Made by a program: the position numbers and the translations under genes
The notes under the pieces: generated by a model
Databases searched by the model: none
Seen by the model: only the letters and a program-made list of their open reading frames with translations
Told to the model about the DNA's origin: nothing
Origin: an uncultured bacterium
GTDB lineage: Bacteria; JAGOEH01
Length of the DNA stretch: 64,000 bases
Assembly (NCBI GenBank): GCA_964632485.1
Contig: CAZWDO010000001.1
Location: 186,001 to 250,000, forward strand
Direction: 5' to 3'
In this document: positions 10,119 to 20,814 of the stretch, in pieces
How the letters are laid out: the number at the start of each line of letters is the position of its first letter
Numbering within the stretch: position 1 is the stretch's first letter

Positions 10119-10949
10119 TCAAATTTTAATTAACGAAAAATCTACCGGAACAACCCGATTGGTGAGCTCACCAAACGAAATGTAATCGATATCCATATCG
10201 TTCAGAGAGATCAGACGATCGCGAGTCATATTTCCGGACGCTTCTATTTCGCAGCGGCCCTGAATGATAGCAATTGCCGCCGTCATCTCCGCATCCCCCA
10301 TATTATCGAGCATAATCCGCTCCACATGGCAGGCAAGGGCTTCCCGGACTTCTTCCAGAGAACGGGTTTCCACTTCAATCGCAAAACGGTCGCCCCAACG
10401 CGCCCGAACCTTTTCCACGGCAGAAGTAATCGAACCAGCCGCATCAATATGATTGTCTTTGATCAATACCATATCAAATAAACCCATACGATGATTTAAC
10501 CCACCTCCGAGCGAGACGGCATATTTTTGCAACGTCCGAAAGCCGGGAAGTGTTTTCCGGGTATCGAGTATCCTGATTTTTCCAGGCGCCGCTTTAACAA
10601 ATTCGTTCGTCCGGGTCGCGATTCCGCTTAAATGCGATAAAAAATTCAAAGCCGTTCGCTCCGCCTGCAGTATCGTTAAAACCGATCCGGTAATCGCGCA
10701 GACCCGGTCGCCTTTGGCTACAAGATCGCCTTCACGAAAATAAACCTCCCACACAAGTTTCGGGTCCATTCGATCGAATACGGCCTGGAATATTGGGAAT
10801 CCGCACAATATTCCATCCGATTTACAGATCAATTGAAATGATGCCGTTTCCTCCCGCCCAAAAATAGCCTGACTCGTCACATCCCCGCAATCCCCGAAAT
10901 CTTCCTTCAACGCCATATCAATCAAAGCATAAGGTATATCCAATCTCAT
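10119..10949 (-). CDS. nadC: Nicotinate-nucleotide pyrophosphorylase (quinolinate phosphoribosyltransferase)
   Basis: ERTALNFL, LDTRKTLPG, NHRMGL, IKDNH, IMLDN and EASG motifs. Confidence 0.96.
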   Translation of the reverse strand: MRLDIPYALIDMALKEDFGDCGDVTSQAIFGREETASFQLICKSDGILCGFPIFQAVFDRMDPKLVWEVYFREGDLVAKGDRVCAITGSVLTILQAERTALNFLSHLSGIATRTNEFVKAAPGKIRILDTRKTLPGFRTLQKYAVSLGGGLNHRMGLFDMVLIKDNHIDAAGSITSAVEKVRARWGDRFAIEVETRSLEEVREALACHVERIMLDNMGDAEMTAAIAIIQGRCEIEASGNMTRDRLISLNDMDIDYISFGELTNRVVPVDFSLIKI

Positions 10950-11397
10950 AGCCGATTATCCTTTCAGTAGGTGTAATAGCTCTCCGAAATAACCCCATTC
11001 ATCCGAATCCGGACGGGCAGACCCATCGGTTGGAATGAAGAATTGAGCCCAACTGACAGTCAGGAGGAACTGAGTGAACAGTCAAATCCAGAACTAAATT
11101 GAGGTGGATTGTTGTATAAGGCGTTACTTAATCCTTCTCCCTATCAGCATAAACATTTCTTCCACAGGAACCCGCTTAAACTTCACAATTAAGATTGATC
11201 CAGGTCTTTTTCATATCGATGCAAATTTCGGATATCACTTTAGAAAAGAATTGGATGCCGACGACTAATTTCTTCATATCAATAATATACGCGAACACGG
11301 TTAAAATGCAAGGAAATTCTTAGTATCCAATTATTGTCGGTTTGAAATTGTCGGTATTATATATTTTCGATACTCAAAGCGAAATGAAGCAAAACCA

Positions 11398-13002
11398 TTA
11401 TCTCAGGAGCAGAAGTTTTGCGCCGTGTTGCTCTATTGGTGTTTTTAAAATCATAAAATAGATGCCACTGCCTACAGGGTTATTATTTTCATCCCGACCA
11501 TCCCAGTTTATTGAATGAACGCCAATCGGGCAATTTCCAGTTTTCAAAGTTTTAATTTTCTCCCCCAACGCGTTACAGATGAACAATTGAATATTTGCTG
11601 ATTGCGTGAGTTGATAATAAATCCGGGTAGTGGAATTGAACGGATTTGGATAATTGGGCAATACAATGGTGTTTTTAGCCGAGGTTGTATCTTTTTCCTG
11701 AATGCCAGTTAACGCAATGAAAACATGGTATTCTTGCTGATCTTCATCCGGGGGATTTTGTGAATCAACAACTCTTACTGTAAAATCAAAATTTCCATTC
11801 TCAGATATCATACCGGAAATAATGCCGTTTAGCGAATTCAGGTTTAAACTCTGAGGCAAATTACCAGAAACGATTTGCCATGAATAAGGGAGCAATCCAC
11901 CCGTTACAGTTAAAGTATCCGCATATTCTGTATGAATCAGTAAGGGTTTCAATTGTGATTTGGTAATTTTCAGATCACAGGGAGTGGCATCGTTGACATG
12001 AAATTTAAAAATATACACTCCACCTCCATCACACGTCATATAGAGAGTAGATCCGACAAGCAAAAAATGGGGCCGTTGTCTGGCTCCAAAATTAATATCC
12101 GTAACCGTCTGACGTTCTAGTAAGTTAAACTCATCGTCCAAAACAGCAATATCAATCTCACAATCATCCGGATTTTGATCTTTGCTGAAATGATGGAAGG
12201 CAATGTACCAACGCTGATTTTTTTCATCAAACACACAACCTGTGGAAAAATTGTTGCCATCCCCATCCTCCGTTTCCACTATTACCCTGGGCTGATTAAT
12301 CGCAGGGGTCCAATTATAATTCCATAAGGATAATATCACATTCGTATTGTACGCTAAAAAATTACCTGTGAACATATAAAACAGGCTATCTTTAAAAACA
12401 ACTCCGCCGATATTATTATGAATCAATTGAATGGAGGTAACCAACGGTTCTCTTGCAAGATTCAGATTTTGATCATAGCAGTAAACCCAATGTCTGCTTT
12501 CCGGATAAAAAAAGAGAACATATAAAAAAGTACTATCCGTAGTGAATATCATATCGTTAGTAGGATAATCACTTGAATTTTCAATAACGGCAGTTTTATA
12601 TATCCGATTTCCGTCCGGATCGATTTTAAGAAGATAAAGATGTTTATCCCGATGTTCCGCTGTATTCGCCAATGAATATGCAATATAAATATTGCCCTTT
12701 AGATATAATTGTTTATGATCCGTGATTTGGCATCCTTCCAGAAGATCATCATTATATGTCAGTTGAATGGCCGCGCCTGCCGAATTCAAAGTCGTATCAT
12801 ATTTCTGCAGGAAAAGATGCTTTATTGAGGGCTCAGTTTGCATCATGGTTGTCACATTGATCAGTTCTCCATCATAGGAAATACCGCCCCATACAGTAGC
12901 TCCTTCCACGGTTACCGTGTCTTTAATGCTTAAAACAGACTGACTTTCAACGCGAACCCCAAAAACCAACATACAACATAGTATCAAAATTGAATTTTTC
13001 AT
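11398..13002 (-). CDS. Secreted protein with putative Ig domain and C-terminal FlgD-Ig/T9SS-type sorting domain
   Basis: Signal peptide; beta-rich N-terminal region; GGLLPYSW...GNLP...GIISG Ig-like repeat; C-terminal NYPNPFNSTTRIYY...WDGRDENNNPVGSGIYF...KLLLLR. Confidence 0.8.
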   Translation of the reverse strand: MKNSILILCCMLVFGVRVESQSVLSIKDTVTVEGATVWGGISYDGELINVTTMMQTEPSIKHLFLQKYDTTLNSAGAAIQLTYNDDLLEGCQITDHKQLYLKGNIYIAYSLANTAEHRDKHLYLLKIDPDGNRIYKTAVIENSSDYPTNDMIFTTDSTFLYVLFFYPESRHWVYCYDQNLNLAREPLVTSIQLIHNNIGGVVFKDSLFYMFTGNFLAYNTNVILSLWNYNWTPAINQPRVIVETEDGDGNNFSTGCVFDEKNQRWYIAFHHFSKDQNPDDCEIDIAVLDDEFNLLERQTVTDINFGARQRPHFLLVGSTLYMTCDGGGVYIFKFHVNDATPCDLKITKSQLKPLLIHTEYADTLTVTGGLLPYSWQIVSGNLPQSLNLNSLNGIISGMISENGNFDFTVRVVDSQNPPDEDQQEYHVFIALTGIQEKDTTSAKNTIVLPNYPNPFNSTTRIYYQLTQSANIQLFICNALGEKIKTLKTGNCPIGVHSINWDGRDENNNPVGSGIYFMILKTPIEQHGAKLLLLR

Positions 13003-13141
13003 GGATTCCTCCATTTATTTAGTATAGTATTGAAAAAAAACGCGAAAAAAAGAGGGCTTTCATTAATAATTTCAAGGAAATTTCCACAAATTTTAACATT
13101 CCAGCCTGAAACAACAAATCGCGCCATCAGTTTATACCCGT

Positions 13142-13873
13142 TCAGTTGAAAATATAGCGCAGATTTTTAACATCTACATTGGGGGGGGTATGGTTATGCT
13201 CCTCAAAATAATCATATCCCTCCTTCAAATTTTCCCAAAAGGAATACCATTCCGATTGATTATGCTTTTCCATATTCTCCCGGTTCATTCTAAACGGGAA
13301 AATATGAATTCTGAAGAAGGGTTGACCGTTCCGCAACGCGCCATCGGCCAGCGTATATAAATCTTCGATGACCGGATCCGTCATTGCAAAACAACCGATG
13401 GAAACACAATTGCCATGTACCATGATCGCGGAACCGGTCCGTCCGCGCAACTGATCATAAAGATTGGGATACTCAGTATTGAAAGAAAGATGGAAAGCGC
13501 TGTATGGATTCAAGCTCGAAGGTTTAGTATAATAGAACCCTTCCGGCGCCTGAAAGTCCCCGTATTGGAGTTTAGGACCCAACGTACCGGACCAGCAACA
13601 TACCGGATAGGTTTTATACAGAACGAATTGGCTGTCATTTTGGACCCAAAGTTCCAATTCATGCTCTTCTTTAAAGATACGCATATAGATCGACGCGCCG
13701 AAACGAAGTCCGACACTCTCCATGTCCTGTTCCAGAATCGGCCGCACGCGGGCGGTTACCTGGCGAGATCTGTCGTTAGAGGGGATGTGTGGCTGACCTG
13801 ACATTGAGGTTGCGATTGATAGCCAGATAACTACATACGTCGTTAAAATTATGGATTTACCACTCCGTTGCAT
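13142..13873 (-). CDS. L,D-transpeptidase-family protein, YafK/DpaA type
   Basis: IFKEEHELELW, GPKLQYGDFQAPEGFY, catalytic HGNCVSIGC and FWENLKEGYDYF. ATG at 13873 follows GGGAGGA. Confidence 0.88.
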   Translation of the reverse strand: MQRSGKSIILTTYVVIWLSIATSMSGQPHIPSNDRSRQVTARVRPILEQDMESVGLRFGASIYMRIFKEEHELELWVQNDSQFVLYKTYPVCCWSGTLGPKLQYGDFQAPEGFYYTKPSSLNPYSAFHLSFNTEYPNLYDQLRGRTGSAIMVHGNCVSIGCFAMTDPVIEDLYTLADGALRNGQPFFRIHIFPFRMNRENMEKHNQSEWYSFWENLKEGYDYFEEHNHTPPNVDVKNLRYIFN

Positions 13874-14128
13874 TGGATTTCCTCCCGAGTTTATAAGATT
13901 TTCGTAATCCACTGCAGCTCTGGCAAGGGAATTCAATTTCTCAAGTATGTCGCTTTAAAATTAATAAAAACATAACGCAAAAACTAGACATTAACCATCA
14001 GCAGCATTTCGACCGCGTATAACTGCAATCCCATTTTTCAGATGATCTATATTTGATAGAGCTGCTCATTGAATTTCAGATAGTGATGAAGGGAATCAGT
14101 GAGAGGCCAGGACAGACCACAAGGAGAA

Positions 14129-14797
14129 TTAAGCTATTATCCGGGAGAGGGTCTCAATCGTAGCGAGTGGATCAGCGGCGCCGAACACAGCATTGCCCGC
14201 CACGAAACCTTGCGCACCGGCCTGGCGGCAAAGCGGCAGTGTATTTTCATCGATCCCGCCATCGACAAAGATTACAAACTCAAAATGGTGTTGATCCCGC
14301 CATTCCGCCAGTTTGCGGATTTTATCCAATGTGAACGGCAGGAATTTCTGGCCGCCAAACCCGGGATTAACCGTCATAATCAAGACCAGATCAATCTCGC
14401 CCAGTAGCGATTCCAGCGTCAAAACCGACGTGGCCGGATTGAGGGCGACTCCGGCAAGTTTATCCGCCTGGCGGATTTGCTGGATAACGCGGTGAAGCTG
14501 TGGGCACGCCTCCTGGTGAACGGTGATGGCCGCTACACCGGGCAATGCGAAAGCCTCTATATACGCCTCCGGATTCTCAATCATCAGATGCACATCCAGC
14601 GGGGTATCCGGGCAAATTCTTTCAATCACGCGGCAAATCCAGGGACCATAGGTGATATTGGGCACGAAATGGCCGTCCATGACATCGATATGAAATCCGC
14701 CGATCGGCGATTTCGTCAACGGAAGCAACGAAGCGCCAAGATTGCTAAAATCGGCGCTCAATACCGAGGGCCATAGCGAAGGGAGTTTCAATTTCAT
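14129..14797 (-). CDS. rpe: Ribulose-phosphate 3-epimerase
   Basis: PSVLSADF, HIDVMDGHFVPN, DVHLM, MTVNPGFGGQ and VDGG motifs. Confidence 0.96.
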   Translation of the reverse strand: MKLKLPSLWPSVLSADFSNLGASLLPLTKSPIGGFHIDVMDGHFVPNITYGPWICRVIERICPDTPLDVHLMIENPEAYIEAFALPGVAAITVHQEACPQLHRVIQQIRQADKLAGVALNPATSVLTLESLLGEIDLVLIMTVNPGFGGQKFLPFTLDKIRKLAEWRDQHHFEFVIFVDGGIDENTLPLCRQAGAQGFVAGNAVFGAADPLATIETLSRIIA

Positions 14798-14803
14798 TTT
14801 ACT

Positions 14804-15553
14804 TTAACGGCAAAGGATAATATGGACTGTATCGCCCCAAATTGTTTCTCTTCCGGGGGCAATGGATTGATTGATCACGGAACCGGGCAGCAAATCATTA
14901 TTTTCCTCTTCCGAAACCTTTCCCAGGACCAAACCACATTCCATCAAAACCATTTGCGCTTCATCCAATGATTTGCCGGCCAGGTTGGGAACAGTAACAT
15001 ATTGAGGAATCTGCCCTTTGCTGACTACCAGATTGACGGGGGATCGACGGAGTACGGGAGTATTCGGGGTTGGCATATTGCTAACGATCACATCCTTTTC
15101 ATACCGATCGTCATATACCCAGGTAATATCGCCCAGAACCAGTTCCATGGCTTGCAGATTAATCTTGCCCTGTTCAATATTCAAACCCGCCAAATCGGGG
15201 ACTAATATTCGTTCGGCTCCTTTGCTGACAGTCAGTGAAATCTCCTTGCCGAATTTTACCTTCATCCCAGCTTGCACGGATTGGCTCATAATTTTATTCT
15301 GTTGCACCGTCAGGTTGTAATCATACCGCGTAACCTTCACTGATAAGTGCGCATGTTCAGCCTGTATCTGCGCTTCCTCCATCGCCATGTTGGTAAAATC
15401 GGGCACTACCGTCTCTTCTCCTAAGCCCACATACGCCGGCATCACAAAATAATTCATCACCACAAAGCTTATAAAAAAGAAAAAAAGAGCTATCAGGAGA
15501 TATATCCCCAGTTTAAAAAAACCGCTGATCAGATTATCCCATCGCTCATTCAT
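14804..15553 (-). CDS. Membrane-anchored triple PASTA-domain protein
   Basis: One TM segment followed by three VP(D/N)-initiated PASTA repeats, two ending VSKG. Confidence 0.88.
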   Translation of the reverse strand: MNERWDNLISGFFKLGIYLLIALFFFFISFVVMNYFVMPAYVGLGEETVVPDFTNMAMEEAQIQAEHAHLSVKVTRYDYNLTVQQNKIMSQSVQAGMKVKFGKEISLTVSKGAERILVPDLAGLNIEQGKINLQAMELVLGDITWVYDDRYEKDVIVSNMPTPNTPVLRRSPVNLVVSKGQIPQYVTVPNLAGKSLDEAQMVLMECGLVLGKVSEEENNDLLPGSVINQSIAPGRETIWGDTVHIILCR

Positions 15554-16974
15554 TTGACTTCCATAGGGATTAGCAGAGTTTGGCCCAATTTTAAAACCGA
15601 TCGTTTGGTTAATTTATTCAACTGCAAAATAGTTTGCTGGGAAACGCCATATTTACGTGAAATTTTCCAGACATTATCACCGCGCCGTACCTTATGCTGG
15701 AACCACATTTTCTTCTGCTCCGCCTTCAAACCGGGATAAATCTGAGCAAAGGCATTCACTTTATCCGGCGGTAAGCGCAACGGATAATTTTTATAATCCG
15801 GCGGGGTATAGTCACGCGCCAATTCCGGATTGAGCAATTTCAACTGATCTTCAGATATACCCAAGGCCAGACTGATCGTGGACAATTTTAAAAACTTATT
15901 GATGGGGAAAATTTCATATTGCAAAGGTTCCGCTTTATACGTCGGATCGAATCCATAGTCTTCAAGGTTACGGCAAATATGCATGGCGGCCAAAAATCGC
16001 GGCACATACTTTTGCGTTTCTTTGGGAAGACGGTTAATCGACCAGTAATCCCCGGTATTCTCACGCCGCAAGGCGCGATCAATGCGCCCGGCTCCACAAT
16101 TATAGGCGGCCATCGACAAATACCAGTTATTATAACGATCCTGCAGGTCCCGTAAATGCCGGATCGCCGCATGCGTAGATCGATCGGGATTGCGCCGTTC
16201 ATCGACCCAGAAATTCATATCCAACTTATAAATTTTAGCAGTGCCGCTCATAAACTGCCACAGGCCCACAGCGCGGGCTGATGAGGATGCAAACGGACTA
16301 AACCCGCTTTCGATCATACATAAATAGATCAACTCATCGGGCAAACCGGCCTGGAATAAACTATCGGCCATCCAATCCACATAATAGCCTGAACGGTAAA
16401 TCCACTTTTCAAAATAGGGCCGCATCCCGCCCGTTAACACTCGGATCTGATCGGTTACCCGCTCGTCTTCAAAATAAGGTATTCCCAGACGGGCGAATCG
16501 CTCCCATTTCTCAAGATTTCCTAAGGAATACTCACTATTGATCACATTACGCAACATCTTGGATACTACTAAATGCGAATTGTCATACTGTTCATCGTAA
16601 ATGTTCATGACCATTTTCTCATACAACGTCAAGGTCGAATTTAACAACTCCTCGGTATTGGCTATCTGCCAGATATCTAATCCGTTGACTCCCTTGATCT
16701 GTTTAACGAGGTCCAGCGCGTACATCACATCCTTGATGGCCCGTTCGCGATTCCCTGCCAGATATTCCTGGCTCGAACTCTGGTACATCTTGAGCGCGAT
16801 ATCAAAATATTTTTGGTAATTAAATTGTTGGGGGTTCACTTTAATAGGCGTCGACATGGAAGCCTTGAGCTGCAACGGCGGACGCTTCTGGATTTTTTCC
16901 ACGGAGGAACTACAATGCCAACCGGTCAGTAGCAGACCGACAAAAACCAGGGGGATAATTCTTTTTGTATTCAT
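15550..16974 (-). CDS. Lytic transglycosylase with LysM domain (MltD-like lipoprotein)
   Basis: SLT motifs IESG, AVGLWQFM, AAYNCG and ETQKYV; C-terminal LysM HKVRRGDNVWKIS. Confidence 0.9.
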   Translation of the reverse strand: MNTKRIIPLVFVGLLLTGWHCSSSVEKIQKRPPLQLKASMSTPIKVNPQQFNYQKYFDIALKMYQSSSQEYLAGNRERAIKDVMYALDLVKQIKGVNGLDIWQIANTEELLNSTLTLYEKMVMNIYDEQYDNSHLVVSKMLRNVINSEYSLGNLEKWERFARLGIPYFEDERVTDQIRVLTGGMRPYFEKWIYRSGYYVDWMADSLFQAGLPDELIYLCMIESGFSPFASSSARAVGLWQFMSGTAKIYKLDMNFWVDERRNPDRSTHAAIRHLRDLQDRYNNWYLSMAAYNCGAGRIDRALRRENTGDYWSINRLPKETQKYVPRFLAAMHICRNLEDYGFDPTYKAEPLQYEIFPINKFLKLSTISLALGISEDQLKLLNPELARDYTPPDYKNYPLRLPPDKVNAFAQIYPGLKAEQKKMWFQHKVRRGDNVWKISRKYGVSQQTILQLNKLTKRSVLKLGQTLLIPMEVK

Positions 16975-16976
16975 AA

Positions 16977-17909
16977 TTAAAAATTGTAGGAAAAAGCAAA
17001 TTGTTTTTGTTCCATTACTCCAATTTTTCCGAAGGGTAAAAAAGCGACCGATAATGCATATTGACGATAACGCATATCGAGTCCGTAAGTGAATCCATGG
17101 CGATTGGTTTCATCGTTGCTGAATCGGATTTTGTCCTCCAGCGACGCATAATAGCCCAGGCGAACATTCATCGCCGGAACTAATTTCACATTCAATCCAA
17201 TGTGAGCGGTCGAGGGGGAACCTTCTCCTTTGGAAAGGGTGATTGAGGGAACCACCGGCAAATGAGCCAACGGTTTGCTCCAACCGATGGCGGCTAAAAA
17301 CGGTAAACGGGGCGCATCATCTTTATGGAATTTACTAAGAACCAATCCCATATTGAGTAAAGAAAGGCCAAAAGCGCCGTTGGCATCACTTTGAAAGATC
17401 AACCCGCCGTTCAGGCCCAAGCCACTGGCGTTCAATCCGTCCAAACTGCTGTACATAAACATGGCGCCGAGTCCCCATGCCCATTTCGCGCCGATTTTGC
17501 GGCCATAGTAGCAACTTAACGCGAAATCGCCTGCCGATAAATTCCCGGTAGAAACACCCATTTCATCCCGGCCGTCGATTTCGCCATACGAAAGATACTG
17601 CATGCCCAACCAGAAATGATGAACCTCACGCCAGGGCATCCCTCCGGCCACCATCCCCTGATGAATGCCATCAGTTATCTGCTGCCAACCCGTAAAAACA
17701 ATACGATTTTCCAAAAAAGCAAGACTCGCCGGATTCAAAGCTGTCATTGGCGCATTGTCAGAGTCCGCCACAGCGAGTTTACCCATCGCGGCGGCTTGAG
17801 GAACCGGATTGAGCCGGACAAAATTAAAATACGTTTTTCCCGCGTCATCCGAAAACTGCGCCAAAACAGTCTCCAAAATTAGACAACATAATAATAAAGT
17901 TTTTTTCAT
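16977..17909 (-). CDS. PorV/PorQ-family outer-membrane beta-barrel protein
   Basis: Signal peptide, FVRLNPVPQAAAMG, NPASLA and YGEIDGRDEMG motifs; C-terminal FSYNF. Confidence 0.75.
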   Translation of the reverse strand: MKKTLLLCCLILETVLAQFSDDAGKTYFNFVRLNPVPQAAAMGKLAVADSDNAPMTALNPASLAFLENRIVFTGWQQITDGIHQGMVAGGMPWREVHHFWLGMQYLSYGEIDGRDEMGVSTGNLSAGDFALSCYYGRKIGAKWAWGLGAMFMYSSLDGLNASGLGLNGGLIFQSDANGAFGLSLLNMGLVLSKFHKDDAPRLPFLAAIGWSKPLAHLPVVPSITLSKGEGSPSTAHIGLNVKLVPAMNVRLGYYASLEDKIRFSNDETNRHGFTYGLDMRYRQYALSVAFLPFGKIGVMEQKQFAFSYNF

Positions 17910-17920
17910 AAACCCATCCA

Positions 17921-19366
17921 TCAGACGTTAAGTTTTTTAAGTAAAATTTCGTTCACCAGCTTGGGATTGGCTTTCCCGGCGGTTTGGCGCATAATTTTTC
18001 CCACAAAAAAACCCAGGACTTTTTCTTTACCGGAACGATATTGTTCCACTTCAGCGGGATGAGCCGACACGATCTGCTCAATAATTGTCTCAATTTCACC
18101 GCTATCGGTTAACTGGGAGAGACCTTCCATTTTAATAATATCGTCAGGGGAAAGGGGATTCTCCAACATTTTTTCAAAAACCGTTTTGGCAATTTTGTTA
18201 TTGATTTGCCCTTCAGCGATCAGCAGGATCAATTCAGCCAGACGTAGTGGATTAATGGGCAATTGATTGAATTCAAGTTTCCGGTCTTTCGCCACTTTGG
18301 TCAAATCACCCATCATCCAGTTAGAGAGCAAAACAGGTTGCCGGCAAAAAGCGACGGCGGCTTCGAAATAATCGCCCATAATCTGCGATGTAACCAGGAA
18401 CGCGGCATTATATTCGGGAAGTTGATATTGTTTAACGAATCGTTCGAATTTAGCGCGGGGAAGTTCGGGCAATGAATCCCGAGCCTTATCCATCCAAGCC
18501 GCATTGATCGACATAGGCACCAGGTCCGGTTCCGGAAAATAGCGGTAATCATGAGCCTCTTCCTTACCGCGCATGCTGCGGGCTTCCTGCCGGGTATCGT
18601 CCCAAAGCAGGGTTTCCTGGACAATACTCTGTCCGGCGCCAAGAACGATTTCCTGGCGTCTAATCTCATAATTCAAGGCTCGTTGCACTCCGTGAAACGA
18701 ATTCATATTCTTTAACTCAGTTTTTACACCCAATCCCCGACTGCCGGCCGGTCGCAACGAAATATTCGCATCGCAACGAAGGGAACCCTCTTCCATATTG
18801 CAATCGCTGATTCCCAGATACTGAATCAATTGTTTCAATTCTGTCAAAAAAGCAAAGGCTTCCTGGGATGAATAGATATCTGGCTCGGTCACAATTTCGA
18901 TGAGCGGCACTCCACATCGGTTATAATCCAGATACGATTCGGCGATCAGGTTGTCTTTTTCGGGATGCAACGATTTGCCTGCATCTTCTTCCAAATGGAT
19001 GCGCCGGATTTTAATTTTACGCGATGGAGACTCTTCCGGAAATATTTCAAGATATCCATCTTCGGCGACTGGTTTTTCAAATTGGGAGATCTGGTAGCCT
19101 TTGGGAAGGTCCGGATAAAAATAATTTTTTCGGGCAAAACGGGTGACGGAATTAATGCGGCAATTCAGCGCCATCCCTGCCCGGAGAATATACTCGACAG
19201 CAGTATGGTTCAATACAGGCAAAGTCCCCGGCATTCCGGAACAAACCGGACAAACCTGGGTATTCGGTTGAGCGCCAAATCGGGTGCTGCACGCGCAGAA
19301 AATTTTAGATGCAGTGGATAGTTGAACATGGATTTCCAATCCGATCACCGGTTCAAAATGAGTCAT
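17921..19366 (-). CDS. gatB: Asp/Glu-tRNA amidotransferase subunit B
   Basis: VIGLEIHVQL, RKNYFYPDLPKGYQISQ and DYRYFPEPDL motifs. Confidence 0.98.
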   Translation of the reverse strand: MTHFEPVIGLEIHVQLSTASKIFCACSTRFGAQPNTQVCPVCSGMPGTLPVLNHTAVEYILRAGMALNCRINSVTRFARKNYFYPDLPKGYQISQFEKPVAEDGYLEIFPEESPSRKIKIRRIHLEEDAGKSLHPEKDNLIAESYLDYNRCGVPLIEIVTEPDIYSSQEAFAFLTELKQLIQYLGISDCNMEEGSLRCDANISLRPAGSRGLGVKTELKNMNSFHGVQRALNYEIRRQEIVLGAGQSIVQETLLWDDTRQEARSMRGKEEAHDYRYFPEPDLVPMSINAAWMDKARDSLPELPRAKFERFVKQYQLPEYNAAFLVTSQIMGDYFEAAVAFCRQPVLLSNWMMGDLTKVAKDRKLEFNQLPINPLRLAELILLIAEGQINNKIAKTVFEKMLENPLSPDDIIKMEGLSQLTDSGEIETIIEQIVSAHPAEVEQYRSGKEKVLGFFVGKIMRQTAGKANPKLVNEILLKKLNV

Positions 19367-20805
19367 GACGAATATTCCTTCATTATTTTTTCGATCCGGG
19401 CGCCAATTTGATAAAGGCGCGTTTCATCGAAATAATTGCCAATCAACTGGATACCCATTGGCAGACCGTTTTTGGCCAATCCGGCGGGCACAGCTAAAGC
19501 CGGCACTCCGGCCAGATTGGCAGATGTGGTATAGATATCCGACAAATACATGGTTAATGGATCTTCGATCTTTTCTCCGCGTAAAAACGGCAGCGTCGGT
19601 GTCGTTGGAGTCAAAAGCAGATCGCACTCTTGAAAAACGCGGATAAAATCTTCCTTGATCAAGGTTCTTACCTTGGACGCTTTTAAATAGTAAGCATCAT
19701 AATAACCTGAACTCAATACATAGGTACCCAACATAATGCGGCGTTTAACCTCTTTCCCGAATCCATTCGTTCGCGTCGCCCTATACATATCTTTCAGGGA
19801 TTCGGACGAGTGGCTGCGCAAACCATATTTTACTCCGTCATAGCGTTCCAGGTTGGATGATGCTTCGGCTGTTGTCAGGATATAATAAGTAGCCACCGCA
19901 TAGGGCGTATGAGGCAGGCGAACGGATTTAAAGCGAATTCCAGACTTTTCCAAAAGGTTGCGTACATCGTTGCACCGTTCACGGATTTCACCATCCAATG
20001 CATCGGTAAAATACTCTTCAGGAAGGCCGATCGTGATATCAGAGGTCAATTCCAACTGGGATGAGTAAACGGGTACCGCCAGATTGGCAGATGTCGAGTC
20101 ACGCTCATCATGCCCGGCAATCAATTCTAAAAGAAGCGCGTTATCATAGATAGATTGAGTGATGGGGCCAATCTGGTCGAAAGAAGAGGCAAAAGCTACC
20201 AATCCATATCGGGAGACCCTGCCATAGGTGGGTTTCATCCCGACTACGCCACAGAAAGCGGCAGGCTGACGAATCGACCCCCCCGTATCGGAACCCAGCG
20301 CCCAGGGTACCAAACCAGCAGCAACTGCGGCGGCAGAACCTCCGCTGGAACCACCAGGAATCCGATCCCTATCGATGGGATGACATACCGCGCCAAACGC
20401 AGAATTTTCGTTGGACGAACCCATTGCAAACTCATCCATGTTCATTTTACCCATCGTTATCAATCCGGCAGACTTCAACCGCTGTTGCACGTGAGCATCG
20501 TAGGGCGCGATAAAATTCTCCAGCATCCGCGAAGCGCACGTCGTTTTCATTCCCTCTATACATATATTGTCTTTAATACCAATGGGTATTCCAGCCATTG
20601 GCGGAATAGATCCGCTACTACCGCGCCGATCCCATTCTTCTGCTTCACACAACGACTGTTCATTGTTACGGCTAATGAAACTGTTAAGCTGGACGTCGCG
20701 GTCCGCACACTCGATATAATGTTGAACGAGTTCTCGCCGCGTAAATTTCTTGTCGGTTAATCCGTTGATAATCTCCCGCGCGCTTTGTTTTTTTTCTAAC
20801 GCCAC
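19363..20805 (-). CDS. gatA: Asp/Glu-tRNA amidotransferase subunit A
   Basis: Amidase signature PGGSSGGS, GSDTGGSIRQPA; EVKRRIMLGTY. Confidence 0.97.
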   Translation of the reverse strand: MALEKKQSAREIINGLTDKKFTRRELVQHYIECADRDVQLNSFISRNNEQSLCEAEEWDRRGSSGSIPPMAGIPIGIKDNICIEGMKTTCASRMLENFIAPYDAHVQQRLKSAGLITMGKMNMDEFAMGSSNENSAFGAVCHPIDRDRIPGGSSGGSAAAVAAGLVPWALGSDTGGSIRQPAAFCGVVGMKPTYGRVSRYGLVAFASSFDQIGPITQSIYDNALLLELIAGHDERDSTSANLAVPVYSSQLELTSDITIGLPEEYFTDALDGEIRERCNDVRNLLEKSGIRFKSVRLPHTPYAVATYYILTTAEASSNLERYDGVKYGLRSHSSESLKDMYRATRTNGFGKEVKRRIMLGTYVLSSGYYDAYYLKASKVRTLIKEDFIRVFQECDLLLTPTTPTLPFLRGEKIEDPLTMYLSDIYTTSANLAGVPALAVPAGLAKNGLPMGIQLIGNYFDETRLYQIGARIEKIMKEYSS

Positions 20806-20814
20806 TCCTCGCTC

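Noticed and set aside
20155-20760. 201-aa plus-strand ORF and the many other short antisense or out-of-frame ORFs in the track
   Set aside because: They overlap well-conserved genes (gatA, nadB, comM and others), lack RBSs and recognisable motifs, and are best explained as shadow ORFs.
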